DNA of 64,000 nucleotides, taken from contig JAHRHZ010000048.1 in the NCBI GenBank assembly GCA_024137785.1, positions 12,318,256 to 12,382,255 of the forward strand. The letters run 5' to 3'. The position numbers and the translations under genes are program-made. Shown in pieces: positions 12,981-25,141 of this stretch (the stretch's first letter is position 1; each line of letters opens with the position of its first letter). The notes under the pieces are model-generated. The model was not told the origin of the DNA. It searched no databases and worked only from the letters and a program-made list of their open reading frames with translations. The stretch comes from Ginglymostoma cirratum (Eukaryota).

Positions 12981-13309
12981 ATAGAATCTCTACAGTGTGG
13001 AAACAGGCCATTTGCCCCTTGGATTCTACATCAACCATCTGAACAGCTCCCCAACCAATCCCTGTACCCCTGCATTTCCCATGGCTAACTCACTTGGCCT
13101 TCACATCCCTGGACACTACAGGCAATTTAGCATGGTCAGTCCACCTAGCCTGCACATTTTTGGACTGTGGGAGAAAACCGGAGCACTCGGAGGAAACCCA
13201 CACAAACACAGGGAGAACGTGCAAACTCCACACAGTGGCCCAAAGGTGGAATTGAACCTGGGTCCCTCGTGCTGTGAGATAACAGTGCTGACCACTGAGA
13301 CACCGAGCC
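12981..13309 (-). mobile_element. HE1-type tRNA SINE
   Basis: ggactgtgggagaaaaccggagcactcggaggaaacccacac...gtgctgaccactgag. Confidence 0.9.
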
Positions 13310-13375
13310 TCCATGTTGAGAATGAGGATATGAATGGGAAGCTCATTTGTAAACCAATAGTCCGTATATTTTAGA

Positions 13376-13531
13376 GATAGTAGGAACTGCAGATGCTGGA
13401 GAATCTGAGATAACAAGGTGTAGAGCTGGATGAACACAGCAGGCCAAGCAGCATCAGAGGAGCAGGAAAGCTTGACGTTTCGGGCCTAGAGCCTTCTTCA
13501 GAAATGGGCCATTTCTGAAGAAGGCTCTAAG
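13376..13531. mobile_element. Penelope-derived fold-back element with minimal hammerhead-like core
   Basis: Arm shared with 27847-28420, 51010-51135 and 62683-62896. The minus strand reads CTGAAGA-AGGCTCTAGGCCC-GAAACGTC. A 21-bp-arm palindrome spans 13487-13529. Confidence 0.75.
13472..13504 (-). ncRNA. Putative minimal type I hammerhead ribozyme
   Basis: TTT CTGAAGA AGGCTCTAGGCCC GAAACGTC AAG; conserved core boxes are intact, stem II is imperfect and helix I is only about 3 bp. Confidence 0.5.
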
Positions 13532-14083
13532 TCCATATATTTTATTGCCTTTTTCAGAAATTGGTGAGGAATCTGATCTGAGAACATATATGGAGATATG
13601 AGCGGTAAACAGGTGCAGAAAATATCCTCCACTAACAAAAAAAAACACTTTATCTTAAACCTAAAGGAGCAGTTACATAAATTAAATTGAGAATAACTTG
13701 CGTAAACTTATAAATGTTAACTCATTTCAATGCAACAAGTCAATCAACTGGAAGATAAATTTCTACTGACAAAACTTCCTAAAACAAGCATTACTGAACA
13801 TAAATATTAGATTGAGGTACTAATGCACATTGTGACTTGCTTATTTAGGTTGGCATGATTGTTGAGAAATGAACTTGAAAAATAATAATGCACAATTAAA
13901 TATTAATTAATTAATCAGGTCTCCTACTTGCTTAAAAGTACAGTGTTTTATGTAGGATTAATAACTCTACTTTTCCATTCAGTCATATATTTAATGCAGC
14001 AATGAGCCAATATAAAGCAATTTCTTTTCCACTATGAAATGAGCATTACAATTTAAATTTACATGTGAGACATTGGAAATCTC

Positions 14084-16560
14084 AGGACAGAACGTTACAG
14101 GGGCCTGAATGACATGTGCGATGGTAAAATTGGCGCAGAATTTCAGGAGAAGCCCTATTTCAACATTGGGAGCAGCATTTCTTTCTGCCTCTGTTAGGTT
14201 TCAGGCAGGTTTCACGCTAGACACAGTGCGTTTCCTTTAAAAGGGGATTATCGCTTGTTAAAAGCCTTAGTAACTGATTATCTCACCTCATTAATATTTT
14301 AACAAATGTGCCAAACAAACTCGACTTTGAGAATACTCGTCACAGAAGTTGGAGCAGGTACCTGGTAACTTCAGCTCCGAAGCTGGCTCAGGGAGTCTCC
14401 ACGCGCTCACGATGTAAAAGCATCTCAGGGCATCATCCGTAAGAACCAGCTGCATGCTGCCTTCATCCATATACATCTGAAATTTGCCAATGCCTTATGA
14501 TCTTTGTGGCACCTTTCTGTACCATTTGGAGGACTTTTAGGGTGTACAGACTTGTATTACATGAGGCACTGTCAACAAACATCAAGAGACTGCAGAGGGG
14601 ACGTTTTGCACAAGGACAGCCATCCAGCTCAGGGACTGAACTAGGTTCTATCTCAGGAGACCATGCTTGCTCTCTTAGTGCTTGGTCACCTAGCATCGAC
14701 CTGCACACCCACAGCATCCCTGCTTGTCTTCATCTGTTATCCCTCATAGTGTGTTAGTGTTTCACCTAAAACCTGAAGGTAACAGTTCTGCCATATTGTG
14801 GTATTCTGTTGAGCAGACACATCAACAGGCTGCCTCTCCGGAGGGGGAGGGAGAACATCTTGCCATACAGCACACCGAAACATCAATCTAACACCCACAG
14901 CTTGTTTCAGTTGCCTCTGTGTTAAGCACACTGCATATGTATTCAACCAAAAAGAGGATGGGGGTAGTCCTTAGTCCAGTCCACTGGGGGCCACTGTCAG
15001 CCAGGGTGTTCTGCTACTGTCTGTCACATGCACAGTCTGCACACAGTCTGGGGCTTGGCCATGTTCAGTTGTCCACTTGAGACACTCACTTTCACGGGAT
15101 ACATTTGATGACAGTACAGGGAATGGGCAGTGGTCAGTCCTGTTGTGCCAGCTCCAGTGGTCAGGGGTCTTGTTGGTTATGCCTAAGAACTGCTTGTCAA
15201 AATCAGTCAGAGGTCCATAGTGAATACAGGCCTGCAGGTCCATACATTGATCGTTAAGGAGGGTTCAAGAGGGGGACTGTACGAGCAATGGGGATGGGCT
15301 CACTGTCAAAATGGGAGAGGAAATCAAGGCTGCGTAAAGAAAGCAGAGATATTGAGATGGGAACAGGGATGGTGACTGAACTCAAGGTTTAAGAAGAGTA
15401 GACAAGACGGTATTGGAAGCATTGTCGGCTATGGAAGGGGAGTTATTGGCAGTGCCCACCATCATGGTCTCCTCAGGGGCAGTGTAGAGCACTTGGGTGG
15501 GCATCATTATAGTGTAATGCCAGGGATCAAAGAACAAGGAGGACATTTGGAGGAAAAGTTCAATGTGGTGGGTCTCCATGTGGTGGGGGGGCGTATTTGG
15601 AAATGAGCTGTCAGGGTAGCAACAAGTAAAAGGGGACATCAAGTCCCTTGGGGTGGTGGGGGGTTGGGGCTGGTGGGGAGTTGGGGATGGTGGGAGTTGG
15701 GGGTGGTGGGGAGTTAGGGTGGTGGGGAGTTGGGGGTGGTGGGAGTTGGGGGTGGTGGGGAGTNNNNNNNNNNTGGGGGTTGTGGAGAGTTGGGGATGGT
15801 GGGGAGTTGGGGGTGTTGGGAGTTGGGGGTGGGGGGGAGTTGGGGGTGGTGGGGAGCGGGGGGTGGTGGGAAGCTGGGGGCTATGGGAAGTTGGGAGTGG
15901 TGACTACCTGCCAACCAGATGGACCTCTGAGTAGATAGTTACCATGAGTGGTGATTCCAGCCAACATTTCTCATTCACTAAGTGCTAACCCCAAATGGAA
16001 AATGGCTGGGACAAAACCCACAGTGAACTGAGTCAATGCCAGTTTGATTGAAGAATGTGCAGGACCAATGTCTGCTGGACTCTAGATCATTGAAACGGCA
16101 TAGGCATGAAGCATGTGCTGTAAACTGCAGCTACTTTTAATTCCCAATAATTGACTTATCCATGTGTTATGCATGTGGAGGGAACATGGTTTGAGTTCAA
16201 ATATTGCTCATAGGTAATATACACTATTCCACTGGCACTCACAAATCTGACATTGGCACATCAGTGGAACAGAAATTAGCAGCAATGATATAAAAAGAGA
16301 CAAATGCTAGGTAAAAGCTTCCCATCTGTTAGAAACCCTCAGTGTTACTGTGGGTGGATGGGAGGATCGCTTCATCACCTGTCATGTATGTATTATGATG
16401 GGCTCTATTGAATCCATTGATGCATTCAATGGTTGGTGAGGGTCTGAGATAGGAAGGAGGTCAGGGCACAGCAGGTTCTCCCTTTTTAATGTCCTGTATT
16501 GCCTGTATTCATACTGAGAATGCCCTTTATTGTGTTGTGTGGCAACGAGGTCATGTGTTC
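14084..16560. mobile_element. Probable highly degraded PIF/Harbinger-family relic
   Basis: The left end (ggacagaacgttacagggcctgaatgacatg) resembles the terminus at 44485 and the reverse complement of 41245. The internal GC-richer sequence gives no clean motif. Confidence 0.35.
15648..15903 (+). repeat. G-rich minisatellite, about 16-17 bp unit (GGGGAGTTGGGGGTGGT), containing a 10-N gap
   Basis: Tandem repeat seen directly; N at 15764-15773. Confidence 0.95.
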
Positions 16561-16842
16561 TGAAGCCAGGGGTTGTGGACTCAGTGAAATGGACTATATT
16601 TGGAGTACTTGTTAAAGATACTTTCATTCTTATCCTGGACGTTCAGTAAGTTGACTACTTTTTAAAACTTTGTATTCCTATGTTAAACTTTTTTTTTACT
16701 CTTTCAATTCTGTAACAAATATTTAAGGTATCTGTACCTAAATACCCTATACCTAACATAGTGCCAAAGCGGCAACATTACAAACTTTCACTGCACTCAT
16801 TCCACTGCATTTGACAATAAAGGCTATCCTATTCTATTCTAC
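16560..16842 (+). mobile_element. Non-coding element with Rex1-like tail
   Basis: gtatctgtacctaaatacc...gccaaagcggcaacattacaaactttcactg...tgacaataaa(ctatt)n; matches the reverse complement of 41290-41400. Confidence 0.65.
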
Positions 16843-16844
16843 CA

Positions 16845-17985
16845 TTGTGTTAAATGGGACAGACGTTGAACAGATCAAGCAGCTCAAGACTGGGCATCCA
16901 TGAGACAGTGCAGCCTATCAACAGCAGCAGAATTGTAATCCAGCCCAATCTACAGCCTCATGGCCCATGATATTCCTCACTTAACCATTACCATCAAGCC
17001 AAGGGTTCAACCCTGGTTCAATGGAGAGTGCAGGACAGCATGCCAGGAGCAGCACCAGGCATACCCGAAGATGAGGTGTCAACCTGGTGAAGCTACCAAA
17101 CAGCCTGCATGTCAAACAACATAAACAGCAAGTGGTAGACAGAACTAAGTGATCCCACAATTAACAGATCAGATCTAAGATCTGCAGTCCTGCCACATCC
17201 AGTCACGAATGATAGTGGACAATTAAACAACCCATTGGAGAAGGACAATTCACAAATATCCCCATCCTCAGTGACAGAAGAGCTCAACGCATCATTGCAA
17301 AACATAAGGCTGAAGCATTCACAGCAATCTTCAGCCAGAAGTGCCAATTGAGTGTTCAATCATGCCCTCCTCCAGTGGACCCCACCATCACAGATACCAG
17401 TCTTCAGCCAAATCACTTCACTTCACACCATATCAAGGAACAGTCGGAGGCACTGGAAACTGCAAGGGTTGTTGGGCCTGACAACATTCTGGCGTTAATA
17501 CTGAAGACTTGTGCTCCAGAACTTGCCGTTCTCCTAGCCAAGCTCTCCTAGTACAGTTACAACACTAGCATCTGCACAACAATGTGGAAAATTGCCCAGG
17601 TATGGCCTGTACACAAGAAGCAGGACAAAATCCAACCCGGCCAATTACCGCCACAACAGTCTACTCGCGACCATCAGTAAAGTGATGGAATGGATCAACA
17701 GTGCTATCAAGCAGTACTTGCTCAGCAATAACCTGCTCAGTGACGCCCAGTTTGGGTTCTGCCAGGGCCATTCAGCTCCTGATCTCATTACAGCCTTGGT
17801 TCAAACATGGACAAAAGAGCTGAATTCCAGAGGTGAGGTGAGAGTGACAGCCCTTGACATCAATGCCGCATTTGACCAAGTGTGGCATCAAGGAGCCCGA
17901 GCAAAACTGGAATCAGTGGGTATCAGGAGCAAACTCTCCACTGGTTGTTGTCATATCTGGCATATCAGAGGATGGTTGTGATTGT
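16845..17985 (+). mobile_element. CR1/L2-clade LINE ORF2 (RT) fragment, pseudogenised
   Basis: GPDNI...LKTCAPELA...NPANYR..SLL..ISKVME...QFGF.QGHSAPDLITALVQTWTKELNSRGEVRVTALDI.AAFD.VWH in ORFs 17348-17551 and 17592-17981. Confidence 0.92.
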
Positions 17986-18759
17986 GTAAAATCTGCATTT
18001 AAACTCAGTCATCACATCAACAATGCTGAGTAAATAGCTAACTTCAAACATTTACCATTCCCCCTTTAGATTTGAAAAGTAGATATTAAAATTACATCCA
18101 TTTTCCAAAAATCCCTCTAGAAATTTAAAATATTTGTGGTTCTTTATGTTGTCTTTGGTCCTCAGTGAAAATACAGTGGCCTGTTTTCAGTTTCTACCTG
18201 CTGTGTAAAGTTTTCAGCACCCTGGTGCAATCTTGTGATGATGTCATGGAGCTGCAAGTAACTGGGTCTAAATAACACAATACAGGTGGAAAAAGTTTTA
18301 GAGAGAATGTAGCAGTAAATATGAAGAAGTATAAGTACATAGCAGTATTTCTAAAGATTTGTAGCTCGAATTGTGGATGATGCTGTTGGCTTGCCTGCCG
18401 AACTTGCTGGTTATTGTCACCATGCTAGGTATTATCATCCGTGCGGCCTCTGATGAAGCAATGTTGTTCTACTCCACTTGGGATTTATGTGATCTGGTCT
18501 GTAAATTGGGTTGTGTCATTTCTGGTTCTGTTCTGCATGGGTTTGTATATGAGGTCTAATTCTACATGTTTGTTGATTGCATTATGGGTTGAAAAGCAGG
18601 CCTCGAGGAATTCCCATGCATGTCTGTAGTTGGCTTGAGCTAGGATGGTCACTTTGTCCCAGTTAAATTGATGGCCTTCATTGTCCGAGTGCACTGAGAT
18701 AAGGGAAAGTTTGTCGTGTTGTTTTGCTGCTTCATCCACGGGTGCCCACTAGATAGACA

Positions 18760-19293
18760 ATGCCAAGAGGACACAGTATGCCCCAAGACACTGGCCATGC
18801 TATTCTATATCAAGAATATATCAGAACCAACAAGGAGACTCCTACGACCATTAGGAATCATGGTAGCACACAAATTCACAGCCTCACTACAACAAACACT
18901 CACAAGGACCAAGGACTCCATACCCAAGACATGCAGGACCAACATAATTACAAAATACCTTGTAATGACTGCAACAAGCATTACATCAGCCAGACCGGAA
19001 GGAAACTAGCCATCAGGATATACAAACACCAGCTAGCAGCAAAACGACATGACAACCTTTCCCTCATCTCAGTGCACTCAGACAATGAAGGCCGTCAATT
19101 TAACTGGGACAATGTGACCATCCCAGCTCAAGCCAACCACAGATACGCACAGGAATTCCTAAAGGCCTCGTTTTCAAACCATAATGCAATCGACAAATGT
19201 CTGGGATTAGAGCCCATATACAAACCCATGCAGAACAAAACCGGAAATGACACAACTCAATTTAACAGACTGGATCATACAAAATCTGAGTAG
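18760..19293 (+). pseudogene. Penelope GIY-YIG endonuclease remnant (frameshifted linker)
   Basis: Linker YIKNISEPTRRLLRPLGIMVAHK lies in one frame and the CxxC...YISQTGR endonuclease in another. Confidence 0.85.
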
Positions 19294-19317
19294 AATAACA
19301 TTACTTCAGCAGAGGCC

Positions 19318-19357
19318 GCACTGAAGATGGTACCTAGCATGGTGATGAAACGTCTGT
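19318..19357 (+). ncRNA. Putative minimal hammerhead ribozyme in the Penelope 3' region
   Basis: GCA CTGAAGA T GGTACC tagcat GGTGAT GAAACGTC TGT: core boxes present, helix I is GCA/TGT, ACGT palindrome in place of stem III; stem II is partly decayed. Confidence 0.6.
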
Positions 19358-20682
19358 ATGATAACCAGCCAGCTCAGAGAGCAAGCCAACAACCTCATAG
19401 CAGTCTTTAATTAATGTAACAGTAAAATTAGAGCCTTGTGTATCTCAGATTATCACATATACTTCCATTTAGTATTAATATGCAACAAAATAAATTCTTC
19501 AGAGTCCTAAGGCTTGAAGACAGTTCTTGACCTTTTCTTCTCCTTGATGAGGCTGCTTTGAACACAGACTCTGCGATGTGACATAGAAACCACATAACAC
19601 AAGAACAGCCACATAGGAATATTAAAAATAGATGCAGGTCATTCAGTCCCTCTAGGCCTGTTTACAACTCAACTCCATTGACCTGCTTTTTCACCCCATA
19701 CTTGTTGCGACCTTTAGCTCAAAGAAATATTTATCATTCTTGATTGCTCCAATTTATATAAAACCACAATCTTTTTAGGAGATATTTGCAAATTTCTACT
19801 GTGCTTTGAATGAAAAGTCTTTTTCATTTACTCTATCTAATTGATCTAATTGATTCTTCCTTCCAATATGCATCCAAATCTAAATCTCTGCAAAAGAAAG
19901 GTCAAACATAACAGACCCTTGTTGTGGATACTCTTCACTTTTAGCTAAAGTGAAGGAAATTGAATACTATGTGTTTGTGACAATGACCTTGTAAAAGATA
20001 TCTAATCCTTATTACCAGATACATCTTATTCACTAGTACCAGTCTACCAATTCATGGTTAACTAAGTGTCTTATGATTGTTGTTGTGACCATGGCTACAC
20101 CAGCTTTGAAGGTTATGATGAAACCAGCAGAACAAAACAATGAATTGAGCTATCTTACTTAGCAGGATCTCATCAGAGTTAGATGAAATGTGGCAATTTT
20201 AGAATCAACTGCACAATCTTAAGTCTTCAATCAAATTTATCTCAACACTAGCATGAAATCAATAGCAAGTCTACAGCATAATAACAGCAAGGAGGCAATA
20301 TTGTAGCAAAGATAAGGAATCTTAACTCTAGTTATAATTAATGGCAAAAGAAATTCAAGCTTTAAAACTAACAAGTGGCCAGGTATTTAACATTAACGTT
20401 ACTGCAGGATAATCATCCCTATCTTTTTTGCTCTATCTTACTGTCGGTCACTTGTGCAGATTTGTTCTAGGATTTATAACAGCACTAGCTGTATCATTTT
20501 ATCATAAGTACAGTACACTTTCCCCTAGATTCTATTTTTAGGTTGCATGGAGTCCCTAGGCAGGAAAAACAGCTGAATTCAACCCGATAGCTTTCTACCA
20601 TCACCTTTCCCAGAATATCCTACCAGTGACCTGAGACATAAAATATCACCAATAATATATGGGCATGTAAGACATTTGTTAG

Positions 20683-20805
20683 GAGGGCTCGTGCGGTGCA
20701 GTGATGAAATATCCCTACCACTGCAGCCAGAAGCCTGGGTTCTAATCCCACTTGGTCCAGAAGTGTGTAATAACTTCTCTGAACAGGTTGATTAGAAAAT
20801 ATCTA
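20683..20805 (+). mobile_element. Short tRNA-like SINE with 15-bp TSD
   Basis: Box A- and box B-like words (cggtgcagtgatg, gggttctaatccc); flanked by taagaca(t/c)ttgttag at 20668-20682 and 20806-20820. Confidence 0.85.
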
Positions 20806-21305
20806 TAAGACACTTGTTAGACCTGAGTTGGAGTATTGTGCACAGGGGGTGTTATGGGAAGGATGTGAGTGCATTGAGAGGGCAGAGAAGAGGTTAAATA
20901 GGTTGAAGAAGTTGAGATTGTTTTCCTGGGAGAGAAGAAGGCTAAGAAGAGATCTGATTGAGGTTCTCAAAATAATGAGCGGGCTGAATAGTGTCGATAG
21001 GGTGAAACTGTTCCCACTCGTGACTTGAACAAAACAGCACAGATTTAAAGTGATCAGCAAAAGAAGCAAAGGTGAAGTGAGGAAAAGCATTTTCACTCAG
21101 CACATCGTGAGGGTATGGATTTCACTGTTTGGAACTGTGGTGGACGCAGATTCATTTGAGGCATTCATGAAAGCATTGGATGATTATTTGCATGAAAATA
21201 ATGTTCAAGGATATGGGGAAAAAGGAAAGAGGTTGTCACTAGGCAATGATGCTCATTGAAGAAATGATGCAGACACAATGTACAGAATGGCCTCCTTCTG
21301 TGTTT
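20806..21305 (+). mobile_element. CR1 LINE 3' fragment
   Basis: RLKKLRLFSWERRRLRRDLIEVLKIMSGLNSVD...FTQHIVRVW. Confidence 0.9.
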
Positions 21306-21427
21306 CTATTTTGTCATTTGATCTATGACCTAAAAATTCAGCCAAGGCAACACTAGTTAGAAGGTACAACTTTGGCTGATACTCAGGACATTTAACATCC
21401 AAAGATGTACAGACATGCTCAATCAAT

Positions 21428-21789
21428 TAGAATCATAGAATCCCAACAGTGCAGAAAGACACCATTCAACCTATCAAGCTTGCATTGACCCTCCAGAGAG
21501 CATCCCACTCAAACACCTACTCTATGCCCATTACCAGGCATTTACCATAGCTAATCCACCCAGCATGCACGCTGCATCCCTGGACACTATAGGCAATTTG
21601 GCATGGCCAATCCACCTCACCTGCACACCTTTGGACTGTGGGAGGAAACCGGAGCACCAAGGCAAAACCCATGCAGACACGGGGAGAAAGTGCAAACTCC
21701 ACACAGACAGTCTCCCAAGGCTGGAATCGAACCTGGGCCTTTGGAGCTGTGAGGCAGCAGTGCCAACTACTGAATCACCTTGCCATCCC
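21428..21789 (-). mobile_element. HE1-type tRNA SINE
   Basis: Full HE1 body and (agaatcat) tail on the reverse strand. Confidence 0.9.
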
Positions 21790-22123
21790 ATAATTGCTGA
21801 GTGACTTGCTGGCTTTTATTATATATACTGGTAGTTCAATAGCTCTGAGCTACACCACACAGTGGCAAGCTTCCAACACAGCCATTCTCCTTAAACATGA
21901 CTGGGGAGCCTTGCCAAAATTATGCAAGTGATCAACATGCTTGAAATTCAACCAGTATCAGGAAGCGCCAACAGCCTGAATTGCAACATCTAAAATTCTG
22001 TTTGTTAGTCTTTTATTAAATATACACAGAATGCTGCCTGTTATCACCATTAATAAATCTGCCTTCCTATTTAATTAAAATGTCTGACACACATAAATAA
22101 CTAACCCTTAATTTACCTAAATG

Positions 22124-22305
22124 TGAAGAAGAAGGGTTAAAAGAAAGGAAAATTTAATCAAAACAAGTAAAGTTTAACTCTTTATCTAAATTGACATTCA
22201 TCAATGGTTGCCTTAAAATCTTTATTCCCACATGTCAATTTAGATAAAGAGTTAAACTTTACTTGTTTTGATTAAATTTTCCTTTCTTTTAACCCTTCTT
22301 CTTCA
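22124..22305. repeat. Perfect inverted repeat, 74-bp arms, 34-bp spacer
   Basis: 22124-22197 is the exact reverse complement of 22232-22305 (checked base by base). Confidence 0.97.
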
Positions 22306-22616
22306 GTTACTTCTACTTTTCATGTACTTGCCCTCATGTAGGTGGTTTGGGTATCTCAGCTACTAGCTCATCTCCTTGAATAGTTGATATTACTATGCAG
22401 CTTAACAATCACACTATTTGTATATGAGTAATAACTAATAGAAGGTTTTGAATTGCTTTAAGGTGCATGGTGTGCAAAAATATCTTTTCAAATTCCAAAC
22501 AAATTCAATTTCATGCTAAAACCATTTTTGTCGTAGTGAGGGAGCTGATTGTGTCGAGGCGCTCCCATGTATAAGTACTTGTTTTATTAAATCTGTTAGT
22601 AACCCCTACTATACCA

Positions 22617-22740
22617 TAAACAAAAACAGAAATTGCTGGAAAAGTTCAGCAGGCCCAGCAGTATCTGTGGAGAGAAATCAGAGTTAATATTTCAGGTCCG
22701 GTGACCCTTCCTCAGAACTGATGGTAGCTAGGAAAAAGTT
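22617..22740 (-). mobile_element. Penelope-derived fragment with hammerhead-like core
   Basis: The minus strand reads AGTT CTGAGGA A GGGTC accg GACCT GAAATATT AACT; same family as 61292-61578. Confidence 0.7.
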
Positions 22741-24507
22741 ATTATACGATATTACCTCATTTTATCTTATTATACCATGGTAGACTGGACTATTATACTA
22801 AATGGAAAAGGAACAAGAACACCTCATTAAACTATTCTATTTGTAAATAGTCTTGTTTATATATAAATATAATTTAACGTAAGTATAGCTGTAGATCCAT
22901 GTATTGCAATGCATTTTCTTTTCTCCTTAAACTAAAGTGAATTTTAATTCTTTAAGTCAGTTTTAATTTGCCAAATGATGTGGTACTGATGCCAGTCACA
23001 TTTAGGTAAATTAAGGGTTAATGAAGAGAGCAGAAATGAGAATGAATTCTGTTTCCAAGTTCCTATTACTGTCTGTTAGTATTAGTGATTGTCACCCAAC
23101 GCCCATGTGCCAGAATAGAAGCCAGAAACGTCATTTTCCATGTGTAATTGAAGTGGCAATAAATGAAGTGGAAAGACACTGTCTAATCTGATCAGCGTGT
23201 AGAACGGTATTTTGACATGCAAATTATACCCTTCCTATATATTTTTTTTCAAATTACACTCTCTCCTGTCATGTTTTTGCTTCAGTTTAAATCACATCTT
23301 AATCTCCCATCTCTCAATAATTATGCCATCATTCTCCTGCTCCTAACACTGTATAATGGTATTTTGTATGATGTGCCATTCATTATTAACTAAAGTCTGT
23401 AAAGAAGTATTAGTTTGACTGTAGCTAAGTATGAGCTGTATGCAGATTTTGCAAAATGTTTAACTTGCATTCTTCAATAAATATTGCAGAACATGAAGCA
23501 TATTCTAACACATTAAGTAATATGATCACCAGACATCAGAAATCCTAAGTTGTAATGTCACCTCTATCAGACAAGATGAAATAACCTGACTTTGTTGCTT
23601 TACTCTGTGATGCAATGCCAATGAGACAAATCTTCTTCCAGAGGAAGTCAATAACTTTGTCAGCCACTGTAATGGTGGACCTTTATGCAAAGAACATTCT
23701 CCAGTGCCCTATAATAGATAAAGTATATGTGCTGTTGAATTTGCAAACCAACATAGACAGCAAAGAGCTGGCGCACACAGCAAACTCAACATTCTGTCTT
23801 ATCTGTTTAGAAAGTGATACAAGGGAGGGCCAAAAGGTTCTGAAAGCTTTTTTTTGAAAAGAAACAAAGGTGAAGGGAAAAGCTCTAGTCTGACTTTATT
23901 GTCATTCTGTCTACATGAATAAGGCATTAGGCAATGACGATCTGTTAGTCAGAATTTTAGAAAAGCAAGAAAAACTTGGCAAGTGTGTAGATGTAGCTTA
24001 GCAGACCCTAGAGTATTGAAATCAAACACTTACTTTGAGATTCTAATTACTATTGGTTTGTGGGTGCTTGTCGTTAATTTTTTTCCACAAAACTGTTTGG
24101 CCTGAGGCTCCAGCTCAATGGTGCTGAATCTGTTCAGTGGAATTTTCCTGAAACCAGAGCAAAAGATCACAAAATTATAAGTGATAAGTTATATTCAGCA
24201 CAAATTTAGTTTCCACAGTGTTCCAAATACAAAACTTGAAATAATGCTTACATTTCAAAATGTCTCTTTTAACTGAAGGTAAAGCAAAATGGTCTGATTG
24301 AGGAATGGTATGATTATGTTAATTCAGTCCCCAGATGAGCCCTTGATATTTGGTTGCCATGGGGAAAGAAGTATAGGTTGAAACCTCCTGAAAATCAAGT
24401 ATTAGGCATCATAACTTGCCACAAAAGAAGGGTAGCTGCCTTTTTTTCCTAGACACAGACTCTTATCTGCAGAGGGACCAAAACAACTGCTGCTGGGAGA
24501 AGTAGAA

Positions 24508-25141
24508 TGTAGAACAGAGAACATAGAACAGTGCAGCGCAGTACGGGCCCTTCAGCCCACGATGTTGTGCCGACCTATTATCCTACTAAGATCAATCTAC
24601 CCTGCATACCCTACAATTTACTATCCTCCATGTGCCTATCCAAGAATCGCTTAAAAGTCTCTAAATTATCTGACTCCACTACCACTGCCGGCAGTGCATT
24701 CCACACGCCCACCTCTCTCTGTGTGAAGAACCTACCTCTGACATCTCCCCTATACCTTCCTCCAATCACCTTAAAATTAAGCCCCTTCGTAATAGTCATT
24801 TCCGCCCTGGGAAAAAGTCTCTGACTGTCCACTCTATCTATGCCTCTCATCATCTTGTACACCTCTATCAAGTCACCTGTCATCCTTCTTCGCTCCAATG
24901 AAAAAAGCCATAGCTCCCTCAACCTTTCCTCATAAGACCTGCCCTCCAGTCCAGGCAGCATCCTGGTAAATCTCCTCTGCACCCTCTCTAAAGCTTCCAC
25001 ATCTTTCCTGTAATGAGGTGAGCAGAACTGAACACAATATTCAAAGTGTGGTCTAACCAGAGTGTAATAGAGCTGCAGCATAACCTCACTGCTCTTAAAC
25101 TCAATTCCCCCGCAGATGAAAGCCAACACACCATATGCCTT
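24508..25141 (-). mobile_element. Young CR1 LINE 3' fragment
   Basis: ORF 24611-25168: LVRPHFEYCVQF.SPHYRKDVEALERVQRRFTRMLPGL...FSLERRR..GDLIEVYKMMRGIDRVD; tail (agaacat)n. Confidence 0.95.

Larger units (their letters stand above)
18351..19395 (+). mobile_element. 5'-truncated Penelope-like element with an inverted copy of its 3' region
   Basis: GIY-YIG domain YKIPCNDCNKHYISQTGRKLAIRI...H...FNWD...E in ORF 18760-19293. 18351-18731 is an inverted copy of the endonuclease C-terminus and tail. Flanked by direct repeats catagcagt(a/c)ttt at 18338-18350 and 19396-19408. Confidence 0.92.

Noticed and set aside
15648-15938. Gly/Trp/Val-rich ORFs
   Set aside because: Translations of the G-rich minisatellite.
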